From assembly GCA_049521795.1 (NCBI GenBank), contig JBEKOM010000001.1, positions 128,001 to 192,000 on the forward strand: a stretch of DNA of 64,000 nt. Reading direction: 5' to 3'. Below the pieces are notes generated by a model. That model made no database searches and was not told where the DNA came from. It saw nothing but the letters and a program-made list of their open reading frames with translations. Of the stretch, positions 9,562-19,530 are shown in pieces. The DNA comes from Candidatus Bathyarchaeia archaeon. GTDB lineage: Archaea > Thermoproteota > Bathyarchaeia > Bathyarchaeales > Bathycorpusculaceae. Each line of letters starts with the position of its first letter. Within the stretch, counting starts at the first letter, position 1. Position numbers and translations under genes: made by a program.

Positions 9562-10632
9562 ATGCCAAAGAAAGTCAGATGCTTAAGAGTTCCGAAAAAG
9601 CAAGGCGAAAAAGCAATAGCTCTGGCAAGCGAAGCGAAGATCGTCGATAAGGAATTTGAATTTCAGAGAGACGAAGATTTTCTGTGCATCCCGCTCATCA
9701 GCCAGCCTCGAGAGGATACTTTGAAGACTCTCAGGGAAAATGGAGTAATCTATCAAATTCTAACGTGTACGTTCCAAAGAAGGAAGAAACAGAAACCATC
9801 CTTGACAGAAGTGCTTTCAACCGAATTGCCTCCTCATCTGCTGGCCGGTCTGCCGCACGCCGTGGATTTCATCGGGGACATAGCCATAGTCGAGGTCCCT
9901 CAAAAGTTAGGCGCGTACAAAAAGATCATAGGTGAAGCGATTCTCAAAACGAACAAGAACGTACGGACCGTGCTAGCAAAAGCTGGCGCTGTCAGCGGGA
10001 CCTACCGATTGAGAGAATTCAGTGTCATAGGTGGAGAACAGAAAACCGAGACTGTCCACAAAGAATTTGGCTGCCAATACTCAGTTGACGTTGCCAAGGC
10101 CTATTTTTCGCCCCGTCTCTCATATGAACACAAGAGAGTAGCCTCTCTCGTTAAGGAAAACGAAACGATAGTGGACATGTTTGCAGGAGTCGGCCCCTTC
10201 TCCATACTTATAGCCAAAACCCACCAAAACGTGAAAGTCTACGCGATTGACGCGAATCCCAAGGCTTTTGAATATCTCAAGAAGAACATCAGGCTCAACA
10301 GGGCCGTGGGTGAAGTTCATCCTTTCTTGGGAGACGCGAGACACGTCATTGATGAAAAGGTCACGTGCGTCGCAGATCGAGTGATTATGAACCTGCCCGA
10401 AAAAGCAATCGAATTTGTCGACGCAGCTTGCAGAGCCCTCAAGCCTGAGGGAGGTATGATACACTTTTACAGCTTTGTCAGCGCTTCAAACCCGCTAGAA
10501 GCAACAAAGCTCCGCCTTACAAAAGCTGTTCAAGAAACAGGGAGAAAGGTCGCGGATGTTCCGTTCTCAAGGATAGTTCGAGAGACAGCCCCGCACGAAT
10601 GGCAAGCCGTCATAGACGCAAAGATTCGTTAG
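9562..10632 (+). CDS. trm5: Trm5/Taw2-family tRNA methyltransferase
   Basis: IGDIAIV, YFSPRL, DMFAGVGPF, RVIMNLP. Confidence 0.85.
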   Translation: MPKKVRCLRVPKKQGEKAIALASEAKIVDKEFEFQRDEDFLCIPLISQPREDTLKTLRENGVIYQILTCTFQRRKKQKPSLTEVLSTELPPHLLAGLPHAVDFIGDIAIVEVPQKLGAYKKIIGEAILKTNKNVRTVLAKAGAVSGTYRLREFSVIGGEQKTETVHKEFGCQYSVDVAKAYFSPRLSYEHKRVASLVKENETIVDMFAGVGPFSILIAKTHQNVKVYAIDANPKAFEYLKKNIRLNRAVGEVHPFLGDARHVIDEKVTCVADRVIMNLPEKAIEFVDAACRALKPEGGMIHFYSFVSASNPLEATKLRLTKAVQETGRKVADVPFSRIVRETAPHEWQAVIDAKIR

Positions 10633-10679
10633 ACGTTGTTGTTCCATGATAAAGCGTTTTAGCGTTCGCAAGAGGCACT

Positions 10680-11123
10680 CTAGATTTTCATGGTCAGTGT
10701 TATTCTCACATTCTGCTCCTTGTTTTTCAATTTCTTAACAAGACTTCTTGATAGCTCGCATGCTGCCTGGTCTGCATGGATCGCCAATGTTCGGTCGCAG
10801 ACGTAACTGCTCTTCCTCACAACAATGTCAGTCGGATGGGTTAGAATCAGGCGAGAGCTTCCATGGGCGCTTAAGGTTTGAGCGACTCCTCCTGCGTCGA
10901 CTGAAATAGTGATGCGTGCGTGGTCCTTTAGCAAGTTTTTTTTAAACTCGGAACTCAAGTCACTTAATGCTTTGTTCGCCGACACAGCGATGATGCAATC
11001 GCCGCTTTGTGACAAGTGCGCTTCTTTCGTGATTTCAATAGTTGTCTCATGCGTGGCCGAGATGTTCTCGTGTCCACTTGCAAGGATAACCTCTTTCAAT
11101 TCGACGGGATACAAGTTACTCAA
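10680..11123 (-). CDS. DUF371-like protein
   Basis: GHENISATHETTIEITKE, GDCII, VVRKSSYVCDRT. Confidence 0.8.
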   Translation of the reverse strand: MSNLYPVELKEVILASGHENISATHETTIEITKEAHLSQSGDCIIAVSANKALSDLSSEFKKNLLKDHARITISVDAGGVAQTLSAHGSSRLILTHPTDIVVRKSSYVCDRTLAIHADQAACELSRSLVKKLKNKEQNVRITLTMKI

Positions 11124-12081
11124 GAACCTCTATTGAGTCAACTTTTCCGTCGCCGTCCAAGTCGAAGCCCTGAATAACCTTGGCAAAAGTCTCGTCACCC
11201 TTGTAGTTTTCCAAGGTTTTTTTCCAAAAATTCGTCAAGGCTAGGACACAGGCTTTCGTGCCAACTGTCTTGTTTCCGGCTAGGACTATGACGCGCTTTT
11301 CCTTGTCCCAGGGATTGACGATTTTCGCGACCAAACCAACGTTATCGGCGGTGTAAACGAGAGATGTTCTTTTGGACACTAAGCCTCCGAACATGAAGCC
11401 CTCCTCCGAGTGCCGCATGTCGAATCTTATCGGCAAGTACTCGTTTATCTCTTGGGTAAGCAGGTTTGTGCCCGGTCCGCCCACTAGAACCAGGTTGTTC
11501 TTTTCTTCCTTCTCAGCTTTGACGTCAACGTCAAGTTTTATCGCAAATTCGTCAGGCATCCTAACAAACTGGCCTAGAAAGAAGGCGAGATGAGAAGCGT
11601 AATGTCCGTCTCGCGCGCTCGTCTTGAACGGGCCATGGGGCGTTGGGCTGCCCACAACTATCTTGCCTTCGAAAGAGCTGTCCTTCCGAATGAATTCTCG
11701 GAAGAACTTCTGGATCTGCCCCTCCATGCCTAAGAGAGAGAGCTTCTTTATCGGCGTGTAACCTTGAGGAAGTTCGATGCCGAAAGCAGGAGAAACTGTT
11801 TTGAAATATTTAGCGGTGGCTCCTTTCTTTTCTTCCTGCCTGACGACAGTTATCGCGCCCGCCTTCTCCAATTTTCTTATGTGGTAGTACACTTTCTGCT
11901 CATGAACTCTGAGGGCCTTAGCTATTTCCAACGGGTACATCTCTTTTTCAGAAAGCATCTCCAGAATCTTCCAGCTCAGCCTGTTCAGAATCATCTTCAA
12001 CTTTTGCGGATCGTCGAATACTGTGATCTCCTTGACCTTCTGTGTCTTCCCATCTTCTTGTAACAACAGCTTCTTCTGCAA
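11116..12081 (-). CDS. ArsR-type HTH protein with C-terminal alpha/beta domain
   Basis: N-terminal HTH (EIAKALRVHEQKVYYHIRKL); NLVLVGGPGTN; C-terminal DLDGDGKVD. Confidence 0.75.
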   Translation of the reverse strand: MQKKLLLQEDGKTQKVKEITVFDDPQKLKMILNRLSWKILEMLSEKEMYPLEIAKALRVHEQKVYYHIRKLEKAGAITVVRQEEKKGATAKYFKTVSPAFGIELPQGYTPIKKLSLLGMEGQIQKFFREFIRKDSSFEGKIVVGSPTPHGPFKTSARDGHYASHLAFFLGQFVRMPDEFAIKLDVDVKAEKEEKNNLVLVGGPGTNLLTQEINEYLPIRFDMRHSEEGFMFGGLVSKRTSLVYTADNVGLVAKIVNPWDKEKRVIVLAGNKTVGTKACVLALTNFWKKTLENYKGDETFAKVIQGFDLDGDGKVDSIEVLE

Positions 12082-12293
12082 GGTCGTCCCTTGGCTTAGT
12101 GAAGCAAAAGATCACCCTTATAACATTTTTTTTAATGCTGAAGGAAAAACAATGAAGGTTAAGTGAACCAACCATGTTGCAGCATGAGAGATGAATCAGA
12201 AATTTCTTTTAGGGCTCAGATTTACGTATTAACAATGCTTATTAGCGCAAAAACGGTTCGAATAGCCTCACTGCAAACAGATGAGGACCAAAG

Positions 12294-14123
12294 ATGTGCG
12301 GAATATTCGGCTGCATTCTCAAAGACGAACCCGCTGCACCCGTCATTCACGCAGCGCTGAAAAGACTTGAATACCGAGGCTACGACTCGGTTGGAGAGGC
12401 CACTATACATGAAGGAAAACTCTACGTAAAGAAAGACCAGGGAAAAATAGACGAAGTCCACATGCTGCACAACCTAGATGACCTGCCGGGAAACCTAGGC
12501 GTTGGACACACGAGATGGGCGACGCATGGCGCACCGCTACAGGTGAACGCGCATCCCCACGTTGACTGCACCGGACAGATAGCTGTCGTCCACAACGGGA
12601 TCATAGAGAATTTTGCTGAACTAAGGCTTGAACTTGAGAATCACGGACACGTTTTCAAGTCCAAAACCGACACAGAAATCATTCCCCATCTTATCGAAGA
12701 AACCCTCAAGAACAATTCCTCTCTGAGCCTCGCTGAAGCCGTTCTCGAAACCGTGAAGAAACTTCAAGGATCATACTCCATCGCGGTCATCTCATCGAAT
12801 GAACCTGACAAGATAGTATGCGTCCGAAACGAAAGCCCACTCGTCATCGGAGTCAATGAAAAAGCCGTGTACTTTGCCTCAGACATCCCGGCGTTTCTGC
12901 CTCTGACCAACAAGGCAATTATCGTTGAGGACGGAGAACTCGTTACGCTCTCTCTGGGAAACGTTGAGATCAAGAAAATAGCAGACTCAAGAGTCGTTGT
13001 CCGCGAGCCCAAGCTCATCGCGTGGACAGCTGAGATGGCGGTTAAACAGGGTTATCCGCATTTTATGATAAAGGAGATCCATGAACAGCCAGACTGCTTG
13101 CGGAACACGCTCAGGGTGCAGGAGCACTACGCTGACCTTATGTCAACTTTTCTTGACCGAGCCCGCGACGTTTACCTCGTAGCTTGCGGCACATCCTACC
13201 ACGCGTGCCTTGCATCATCCTATATGTTCTCCAAACTCGCTTTCCTTCCAAGCTTTCCTATAATAGCCTCAGAGTTTGTTGAACAATGCGGCAAATCAGT
13301 GAACATTGACAGCACGATTCTCGCGGTAAGCCAATCGGGCGAAACAGCTGATACCCTGGCCTCCGTCAACACTGCTCGCCAAAGAGCAGCAACGATCCTC
13401 GGATTAACGAACACGATCGGCTCAACGCTAACGAGGGTATCAAGAGTGTACATTGGTCAACAGTCAGGACCAGAAATAGGTGTGGCAGCGACGAAAACAT
13501 TCACATCGCAACTCTCAGTCATGGTTCAGCTGGCGCTACGACTTGCAAAGAAGAGGGGCAAGGTTTCACAAGACGAAATGGACTTCCTGGAAGAAAAACT
13601 GAAGAAACTCCCAGACACTGTTGAGGAAATAATCGAGAACCAGGAAGAAAAGATAAAACAGATCGCGAAAAAATACAAGGATGCAAAAACCTTCTTTTTC
13701 CTCGGCCGCGGAATAAGCACCGCCACAGCTTACGAGGGCAGACTCAAACTTATGGAAATAGCCTACGTGCCCGCTATAGCCTTCCCAGCAGGAGAAAGCA
13801 AGCATGGACCAATCAGCCTAATTGAACCCGGCTTCCCAGTGGTCTTCATCTGTCCAAAGGATGAAACGCGCAAAACGTTGATCGGCAACATAATGGAAAT
13901 GAAAGCTAGAGACGCCTCGATAATCGCCATCCTAGAAGAAGACGACGAAGAAATCAAAAAACTCGCCGACGACTACATCGAAGTCCCAAGAGGCATTCCT
14001 GAAGTGCTGTCACCCATACCCTTCGTAGTTCCACTTCAGCTCTTAGCTTATTACATGGCCCTCGAAAGAGGCCACAACCCAGACAAACCGAGAAACCTAG
14101 CAAAATCAGTAACCGTAAAATAA
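12294..14123 (+). CDS. glmS: Glutamine-fructose-6-phosphate aminotransferase
   Basis: MCGIFG, LEYRGYDS, GHTRWATHG, SQSGETADT, PRNLAKSVTV. Confidence 0.97.
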   Translation: MCGIFGCILKDEPAAPVIHAALKRLEYRGYDSVGEATIHEGKLYVKKDQGKIDEVHMLHNLDDLPGNLGVGHTRWATHGAPLQVNAHPHVDCTGQIAVVHNGIIENFAELRLELENHGHVFKSKTDTEIIPHLIEETLKNNSSLSLAEAVLETVKKLQGSYSIAVISSNEPDKIVCVRNESPLVIGVNEKAVYFASDIPAFLPLTNKAIIVEDGELVTLSLGNVEIKKIADSRVVVREPKLIAWTAEMAVKQGYPHFMIKEIHEQPDCLRNTLRVQEHYADLMSTFLDRARDVYLVACGTSYHACLASSYMFSKLAFLPSFPIIASEFVEQCGKSVNIDSTILAVSQSGETADTLASVNTARQRAATILGLTNTIGSTLTRVSRVYIGQQSGPEIGVAATKTFTSQLSVMVQLALRLAKKRGKVSQDEMDFLEEKLKKLPDTVEEIIENQEEKIKQIAKKYKDAKTFFFLGRGISTATAYEGRLKLMEIAYVPAIAFPAGESKHGPISLIEPGFPVVFICPKDETRKTLIGNIMEMKARDASIIAILEEDDEEIKKLADDYIEVPRGIPEVLSPIPFVVPLQLLAYYMALERGHNPDKPRNLAKSVTVK

Positions 14124-14157
14124 AAGATACAAGATTAAGCGCGCAGAACCTGAGCTC

Positions 14158-14415
14158 TTATCTTTGCTCAAGACTGCGCGCAACTCCCTTCTTCAACATG
14201 CTTGTTATGCCGTTTTTGAGCTCTTCATAGCATGCGCTTATGCGCTCGGCATCGACTTTCGACATTCCGGAGAGTAACAGCTCTTTCTCAAAGGCCCTCC
14301 TAGTCTTTCGCACTCGACTTCCCAAGGTGAGATACGCGTAGAAAAGCTGCAGTGACATTCGAGCCAAATAGGGAGATGACTTGAACAATTCTGTGAAAAC
14401 CGACGATTCGCTCAA
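14158..14415 (-). CDS. Small helical hypothetical protein
   Basis: 85-aa ORF, co-oriented with neighbours. Confidence 0.6.
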   Translation of the reverse strand: MSESSVFTELFKSSPYLARMSLQLFYAYLTLGSRVRKTRRAFEKELLLSGMSKVDAERISACYEELKNGITSMLKKGVARSLEQR

Positions 14416-14452
14416 GCTTCATCACCATGTTAGACAAAGAGAAGAGGGGAAG

Positions 14453-14848
14453 TTATTCTTCTTCCTCCTCATCCTCATCTTTCCTTCCTTTCGCAAGTCC
14501 TTCGCGGATTCTTCTTTCGACCTCTTCACTGATGTCTTCTCCAGCCTTTCCGGACCATCTACCCTTGCCAGCGCCTCTGAGCATGTCGCCTAAGCTTGTG
14601 AAAGTTCGCATGTAGTCTTCGGTCAACTTGACAGCCACAGGTTCAGGCAGTCCGCCGTTCTTCAGTTCCTTGTAGTATGCAGCTGCCGCCTTGCCCATGC
14701 TCCTTCCTGCTTCTTCGGAGAAAACAGAGCCAAGTACGTTCTTGATCAGTGAAGGAAGTTCTGCCGAGACCACGCCTAGTATTTCTTTGATGTTCTCTGG
14801 ACTCTGCGTCTCATGCCTCTTTTCATGTTCCTTTTCATCATCAACCAT
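14453..14848 (-). CDS. Helical hypothetical protein
   Basis: SD GGAGGTGA upstream; acidic tail. Confidence 0.75.
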   Translation of the reverse strand: MVDDEKEHEKRHETQSPENIKEILGVVSAELPSLIKNVLGSVFSEEAGRSMGKAAAAYYKELKNGGLPEPVAVKLTEDYMRTFTSLGDMLRGAGKGRWSGKAGEDISEEVERRIREGLAKGRKDEDEEEEE

Positions 14849-14870
14849 TTTCTTTCACCTCCCAGATAGT

Positions 14871-15059
14871 TTACCCAAGATTGCAGTGAAGTCGTGAATG
14901 TGCCCAAGCATTTTCCAGCGTGATTTCATGTCTGTTTTCTGGCTTTGCCAACCTTGAAGGAACTGCTGCGACTATTTTGTGTGAGTTCGCATCCAGTTCT
15001 TCTGACGGAGTTGGCATGTTGCTTCTTCTGCTTATGTTGCGCAGGTATCCGTTTCTCAT
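14871..15059 (-). CDS. Small hypothetical protein
   Basis: SD AGGTGA upstream of ATG; weak support otherwise. Confidence 0.35.
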   Translation of the reverse strand: MRNGYLRNISRRSNMPTPSEELDANSHKIVAAVPSRLAKPENRHEITLENAWAHSRLHCNLG

Positions 15060-15134
15060 TTCTTGCTCACCTTAAACTAGCAATGGAGTGGTCACAATAG
15101 TTAGGTGTTCTGTGCAAAAGTGACCAGTTAGTGA

Positions 15135-15575
15135 TCAATCTTTTTCGACTAACTCGTAAGTGGGAACTCTGCCGCCCTTCTTCAATAAGACTCCATGTTC
15201 TACGAGATTTTTCAGCCTGTCACGTACTATGCGTCTGCTTGCCTTTCCTCTCATCGTTGCCACCTGTCGCGTTATGGCGGAAACATTCAAGGCTCCTTTC
15301 ACGGCCAATGCCTGAATGATGCACCGTGAAATATCGTCTTGGGCAATGGCTCTTAGACGCAAGTATGTCTCGGCGTTTTTCAGACGAGAAGCAATTTTTA
15401 ATGGCTCACCGTACATGCCTATGCCCATTTTTGTCAAACGTAAGGAAGCGGCTAAACCTTCATACTCTGGCTTTTCAAGGATCAACTCTTCTAGAAGGTC
15501 GAGTCTGTGAATTATATGGTCTAGCTTTTTGCTCAGCTCTTCAGCGCTTGAATCAGGTTTTTCTTTTCGGCTCAA
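15135..15575 (-). CDS. Winged-helix domain protein
   Basis: C-terminal wHTH pattern (ALNVSAITR...SRRIVRDRLKNL..GVL...YEL). Confidence 0.7.
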   Translation of the reverse strand: MSRKEKPDSSAEELSKKLDHIIHRLDLLEELILEKPEYEGLAASLRLTKMGIGMYGEPLKIASRLKNAETYLRLRAIAQDDISRCIIQALAVKGALNVSAITRQVATMRGKASRRIVRDRLKNLVEHGVLLKKGGRVPTYELVEKD

Positions 15576-15672
15576 AACGCTTCCTGCCAGCGTTTAACGG
15601 TTAGACCGTGTTTGTTATTTAACATCTTATTCTCACATTCAAATATGTTAATAACCAACTCGGCCACTGTTT

Positions 15673-16395
15673 ATGCTGGTGCTCCAAGTGGAAGAAAACG
15701 AATGGGAAAAGCTCATTCAGAACCTGATTAAAGAAGGAGTTCTCCGCTCTCCGAAGGTTATTGAGACGATGCGTAAAGTGCCGCGTGAAAAGTTCCTTCC
15801 CGAAAACATGCGGTCTTATGGTGCTGTCGATACGCCTCTTCCAATAGGCTTCGGGCAGACGGCTTCTGCGCCACATAGCTAGGCCTCGTTGCCGGCTAGG
15901 CGAGACATGGTTTCAATAATGAATGAAGCCCTGCAGTTGGAGATCGGACTCAAAGTCTTAGAGGTCGGAGCAGGTTCAGGCTGGCACGCCGCTACAATTT
16001 CTGAGCTGATCGCACCGAAAACTGCGCCGCGAAGCGAGTGGGGACACGTGTACACAGTTGAAATCGTGCAAGGTCTAGCCGAATTCGCCCGAAAGAACAT
16101 CATGAACTGCGGGTACGGCGACCGAGTGACGATAATTCACGCCGACGGTTCAATAGGCTACCCTGAAAAGGCTCCGTTCGACAGAATCCTTGTGACAGCA
16201 GCTGCACCTGACGTTCCTAAAGTGCTAATCGAACAGTTGAAACCCACAGGAATAATGCTGATTCCAGTTGGCAGCCTGTCTCTATTTCAAAACCTGATCA
16301 AAATTACCAAGACGAGCGAAGGAGAAATCAAGGAAGAAAATCTCGGCGGCGTAGCGTTTGTGCCATTGACTGGAAAGTACGGCCACAGATTCTGA
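15673..16395 (+). CDS. pcm: Protein-L-isoaspartate O-methyltransferase, interrupted by a 30-nt intron (15875-15904)
   Basis: Exon 1 VPREKFLP..AVDTPLPIGFGQTASAP; exon 2 MVSIMNEAL..VLEVGAGSGW..APFDRILVTAA..FVPL; join gives P-H-M-V. Confidence 0.92.
15875..15904 (+). other. Bulge-helix-bulge mRNA intron in pcm
   Basis: Helix CGCC(15869-72)/GGCG(15899-902), bulges ACA(15873-75) and AGA(15903-05), intron stem TAGC/GCTA, outer pairs TG/CA; contains the in-frame TAG. Confidence 0.88.
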
Positions 16396-16407
16396 TGAAA
16401 TCGCCTC

Positions 16408-17721
16408 TTATGAAATTTCTAGCTTTTCCTTATACGCCTCCAAGTCCAGCCAGCCATGTCCGCTTATGTTCATGCAGATCGTTTTCTCTTCGCCAGCCTT
16501 TTCAGCCTTAACAGCCTCGTCAATACTGGCGCGAACTGCATAGCTGGATTCTGGGGCGGCTAACCAACCCTCAGCCTGGAGGAAAAGTCTAGCCGCTTCA
16601 AAGATTGACTTCTCGTCAGCAGGATAGGCCACGGCTTTGACGATGTTATGCTTTTTCAGCAAGCTGACGATTGGACCAGCCGCATGGTACCGCAAGCCGT
16701 CTGCTTTGATCGGGGTCATGTCAGCTTTGTGACCCAGAGTGTACATCTTTAGGAGCGGCGTGTGTTCAGCGACGTCACCAAAATCGTACTTGTATTCTCC
16801 CTTCACAAGGTTAGGAGCCGCCATCGACTGGGCTGCCAAGAAGTCGCATTCTCTTTTTCCTTTCAGGACTTCGCCTATGAATGGAAGTGCGATTCCGCTG
16901 AAGTTAGAGCCGCCGCCCAGGCAGCCGACGATCAAGTCTGGTTTCTCTTCGATCATATCAAACTGCTTGATCGTCTCCAATCCTATCACTGACTGCTGGG
17001 TCATAACGTGATTCAAAACGGAGCCCAGACAGTACACAGTATTATCATGCGTCTCTGCATACTCCAGTCCTTCCGATATTGCTATACCAAGCGAACCGGA
17101 GCTGTTCGGGTTTTTTGAAAGAAAATCGTTGCCGAACTTGGTTTGTTTGCTTGGCGAGGAATAGACCTTTGCGCCAAAGAGATTCATCAAAACCCTGCGG
17201 TCAGCCTTCCAGTCATAGACCGATTTAACCCAGAAGACCACACATTTAAGCTCTAGGAGCTGCGCAGCGTAAGCAAGCGCTGTGCCCCACTGTCCGGCAC
17301 CCGTTTCAGTGCTCAGGGTTGTTTTCCCCTCCTTAAGCGCATAGTAAGCCTGAGCGATCGCAGTGTTAGTCTTGTGCGAACCCGTCGGAGACAAGTCCTC
17401 GCGTTTATAATAGAGCTTGACCTTCTTCAAGCCGAGACGCTTCTCCAAGCGTTTGGCCCTGTAAAGCGGCCTGGGCCTTCCCATGTGAATGTAGAGTTCA
17501 CGAATTTCTTCAGGTATAGTGATCCAGCTTTGATTGGACATCTCCTGCCCAAGACACTCTTTAATCATGGTTCTGCCCAAGAAATCCATCCTCGAAGGCC
17601 CAGTTTCAGGCTCCTTCGGCGGAGGAAGCGGCTCAGGCAAGTCTGGCGCAATGTTGTACCATTTAGTGGGAAACTCGTCTATTGGCAGAGCTATCTGATC
17701 CTTCTCCATAGAGGTCACCAT
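16408..17721 (-). CDS. trpB2: Tryptophan synthase beta chain type 2
   Basis: PTGSHKTN (PLP Lys), TETGAGQWG, GSLGIAISE, GLRYH; no trpA adjacent. Confidence 0.92.
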   Translation of the reverse strand: MVTSMEKDQIALPIDEFPTKWYNIAPDLPEPLPPPKEPETGPSRMDFLGRTMIKECLGQEMSNQSWITIPEEIRELYIHMGRPRPLYRAKRLEKRLGLKKVKLYYKREDLSPTGSHKTNTAIAQAYYALKEGKTTLSTETGAGQWGTALAYAAQLLELKCVVFWVKSVYDWKADRRVLMNLFGAKVYSSPSKQTKFGNDFLSKNPNSSGSLGIAISEGLEYAETHDNTVYCLGSVLNHVMTQQSVIGLETIKQFDMIEEKPDLIVGCLGGGSNFSGIALPFIGEVLKGKRECDFLAAQSMAAPNLVKGEYKYDFGDVAEHTPLLKMYTLGHKADMTPIKADGLRYHAAGPIVSLLKKHNIVKAVAYPADEKSIFEAARLFLQAEGWLAAPESSYAVRASIDEAVKAEKAGEEKTICMNISGHGWLDLEAYKEKLEIS

Positions 17722-17798
17722 TTCTGAAGAGGATGCATACTATAACGGGTTCATAATTAAAGATTTCCGACGCTGTACACTCGCCTGTGGCCGATGAA

Positions 17799-18833
17799 TT
17801 ACCCGAACCACTTCTCCAGAGTTGTCTTTCCCTTTTCCTCAGTGATTCCTCTCTGCATCTTTTGTAAGGCTTTCCGAACGCGGTCTTCTGAGAAATCTCT
17901 TCCTCTGCACATGAAATTCACCACAGCCTCGACGTCAGGTTCCTTCCACTCGATCCTGTAGTCGTCAGTTACTGTTGGGTGCAGAAAAATCTCCCTGATT
18001 CTTTGAGGTTCAACTGGAAACTCTGCGTTCTTGATGTGTGGGATGGCATTTTCAAGGGTTCCATGTTCTTTTATCAGTTTTAAAGCAGTTTTCGGCCCTA
18101 AACCCTTGATTCCGTCCGGGTTGAAGTCCGTTCCGATCAGTATTCCAACGTCGACTAGCTGCTCGTAAGTTATCCCGCACTCCTTGAGAACCTGCTCCAG
18201 CTCGACTACTTCAGGAACAACTTCGACGTAGACGTTCTTGCTGGGAAGCTTTCTCCGCCCTGAAATGGTTACGTTTCTGACGAACCTTGGAGCACCGAAT
18301 AGTAGGCTATCATAATCCTGGCTTGCGCAGTAGTCTGCTGCCCCCTTCTTGGTCAAGTGGGCTGCTTGGGCCTCACCTTCACTTGGCGCTTGAATCCATG
18401 GGATTCCCATCAAACCCAGCAGGTTCTTGCTGTCCTCCGCCATGTAGTCCTTCAACTGCGACGTTACTTGGGCGTACATGCGCGCTTCTTCAGTCTTACC
18501 CTCCTTTAGGGCCCGCTCATACTTCACCATAGCCTCTTCTTTCACCTTTCTTCGCCTCTTGATTTCAACTTCCTTAAGCGCTGGTGGCGCTCCGTCAAAA
18601 ACGTAGATCGGCTTTGTGCCCAATTCCACTAAGTTGCTCGTTCTGTATAGCAGACCGCTGAGATGACTCGTGACTCTGCCGGAACTGTCCTTCAAAGGAG
18701 TGCCGTCTGGCTGGCGGATTATGGCTAGAAACTGGTATAACGCGTTGTACGCGTCTATGGCAATGGCTTTTCCGCTCAGGTCCTCAAGCCTGACAGTCGT
18801 TTTCGGGACAAGGTCGCGAAGGTCTACGCCCAA
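17799..18833 (-). CDS. fen: Flap endonuclease 1
   Basis: IDAYNALYQFL, APSEGEAQA, SQDYDSLLFG, C-terminal PIP-like TLEKWF; TTG start 18833. Confidence 0.97.
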   Translation of the reverse strand: MGVDLRDLVPKTTVRLEDLSGKAIAIDAYNALYQFLAIIRQPDGTPLKDSSGRVTSHLSGLLYRTSNLVELGTKPIYVFDGAPPALKEVEIKRRRKVKEEAMVKYERALKEGKTEEARMYAQVTSQLKDYMAEDSKNLLGLMGIPWIQAPSEGEAQAAHLTKKGAADYCASQDYDSLLFGAPRFVRNVTISGRRKLPSKNVYVEVVPEVVELEQVLKECGITYEQLVDVGILIGTDFNPDGIKGLGPKTALKLIKEHGTLENAIPHIKNAEFPVEPQRIREIFLHPTVTDDYRIEWKEPDVEAVVNFMCRGRDFSEDRVRKALQKMQRGITEEKGKTTLEKWFG

Positions 18834-18949
18834 AAAATGACCCCGCGTCAATATTGGCGGATAACTGAAATAATAAAGTTGCTAAGACCGAGACATATAA
18901 GATATAAGGAAGTCTCGCGATTAGAGAACCATTCACGAGGACATTTAGC

Positions 18950-19138
18950 ATGACTGAAAAAACGTCAACACTGATCTTAGTCTCATGCTCGAGCTGCGGC
19001 AAACCGATACCGCCGGGGGCAGAAGCCACAAAATTCCTTTGCCCAAGCTGCGGGGAGATTCAGATAAAACGGTGTGGCAAGTGCAGAAAGTTCGGACGCC
19101 CGTACAAATGTCCAAAGTGCGGTTTGATCGGCCCATAG
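18950..19138 (+). CDS. DUF1610/HVO_2753-like zinc-finger protein
   Basis: Four CxxC pairs ending CPKCGLIGP; directly upstream of EF-1beta. Confidence 0.85.
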   Translation: MTEKTSTLILVSCSSCGKPIPPGAEATKFLCPSCGEIQIKRCGKCRKFGRPYKCPKCGLIGP

Positions 19139-19161
19139 AATGAGGAAGAGGAGACTTCAAG

Positions 19162-19437
19162 ATGGGTTTCGTCGTCGTAACGTACAAGATTTTTCCAAAC
19201 GACATAATTTCAGACTTCAGCCCCATGAAGAAGAAGATTGAGAGCAACCTGCCTGAGTCTGCGTCGGTACACGGGTATGGCGAGGAACTCGTTGCTTACG
19301 GTTTAAAGGCTCTTCTGGTGCAAATCAAATTCCCAGAAGACAAGACTGGCCTGCTCGAAGAATTTGAGAAGAAGGTTGAGACGATAGACGGCATAAGCCA
19401 GGTAACGACCCTCATGGTCAGAAGAACGAGCAGGTAG
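19162..19437 (+). CDS. ef1b: Elongation factor 1-beta
   Basis: KIFP...EELVAYGLKAL. Confidence 0.88.
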   Translation: MGFVVVTYKIFPNDIISDFSPMKKKIESNLPESASVHGYGEELVAYGLKALLVQIKFPEDKTGLLEEFEKKVETIDGISQVTTLMVRRTSR

Positions 19438-19530
19438 CCCTCAACGGTTACTTAAAACATTTATGCTCAATACATTTATATCCGAAAGCCATTGTGTTTC
19501 GAACGTACCACATTATGGGAAGGATTTTTC

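Noticed and set aside
15877-15906. Amber read-through (pyrrolysine) or pseudogene explanation for the split pcm
   Set aside because: Read-through would insert 10 residues into the conserved SAPHMV motif, and no pyl genes are in the window. BHB cut sites restore the motif exactly.
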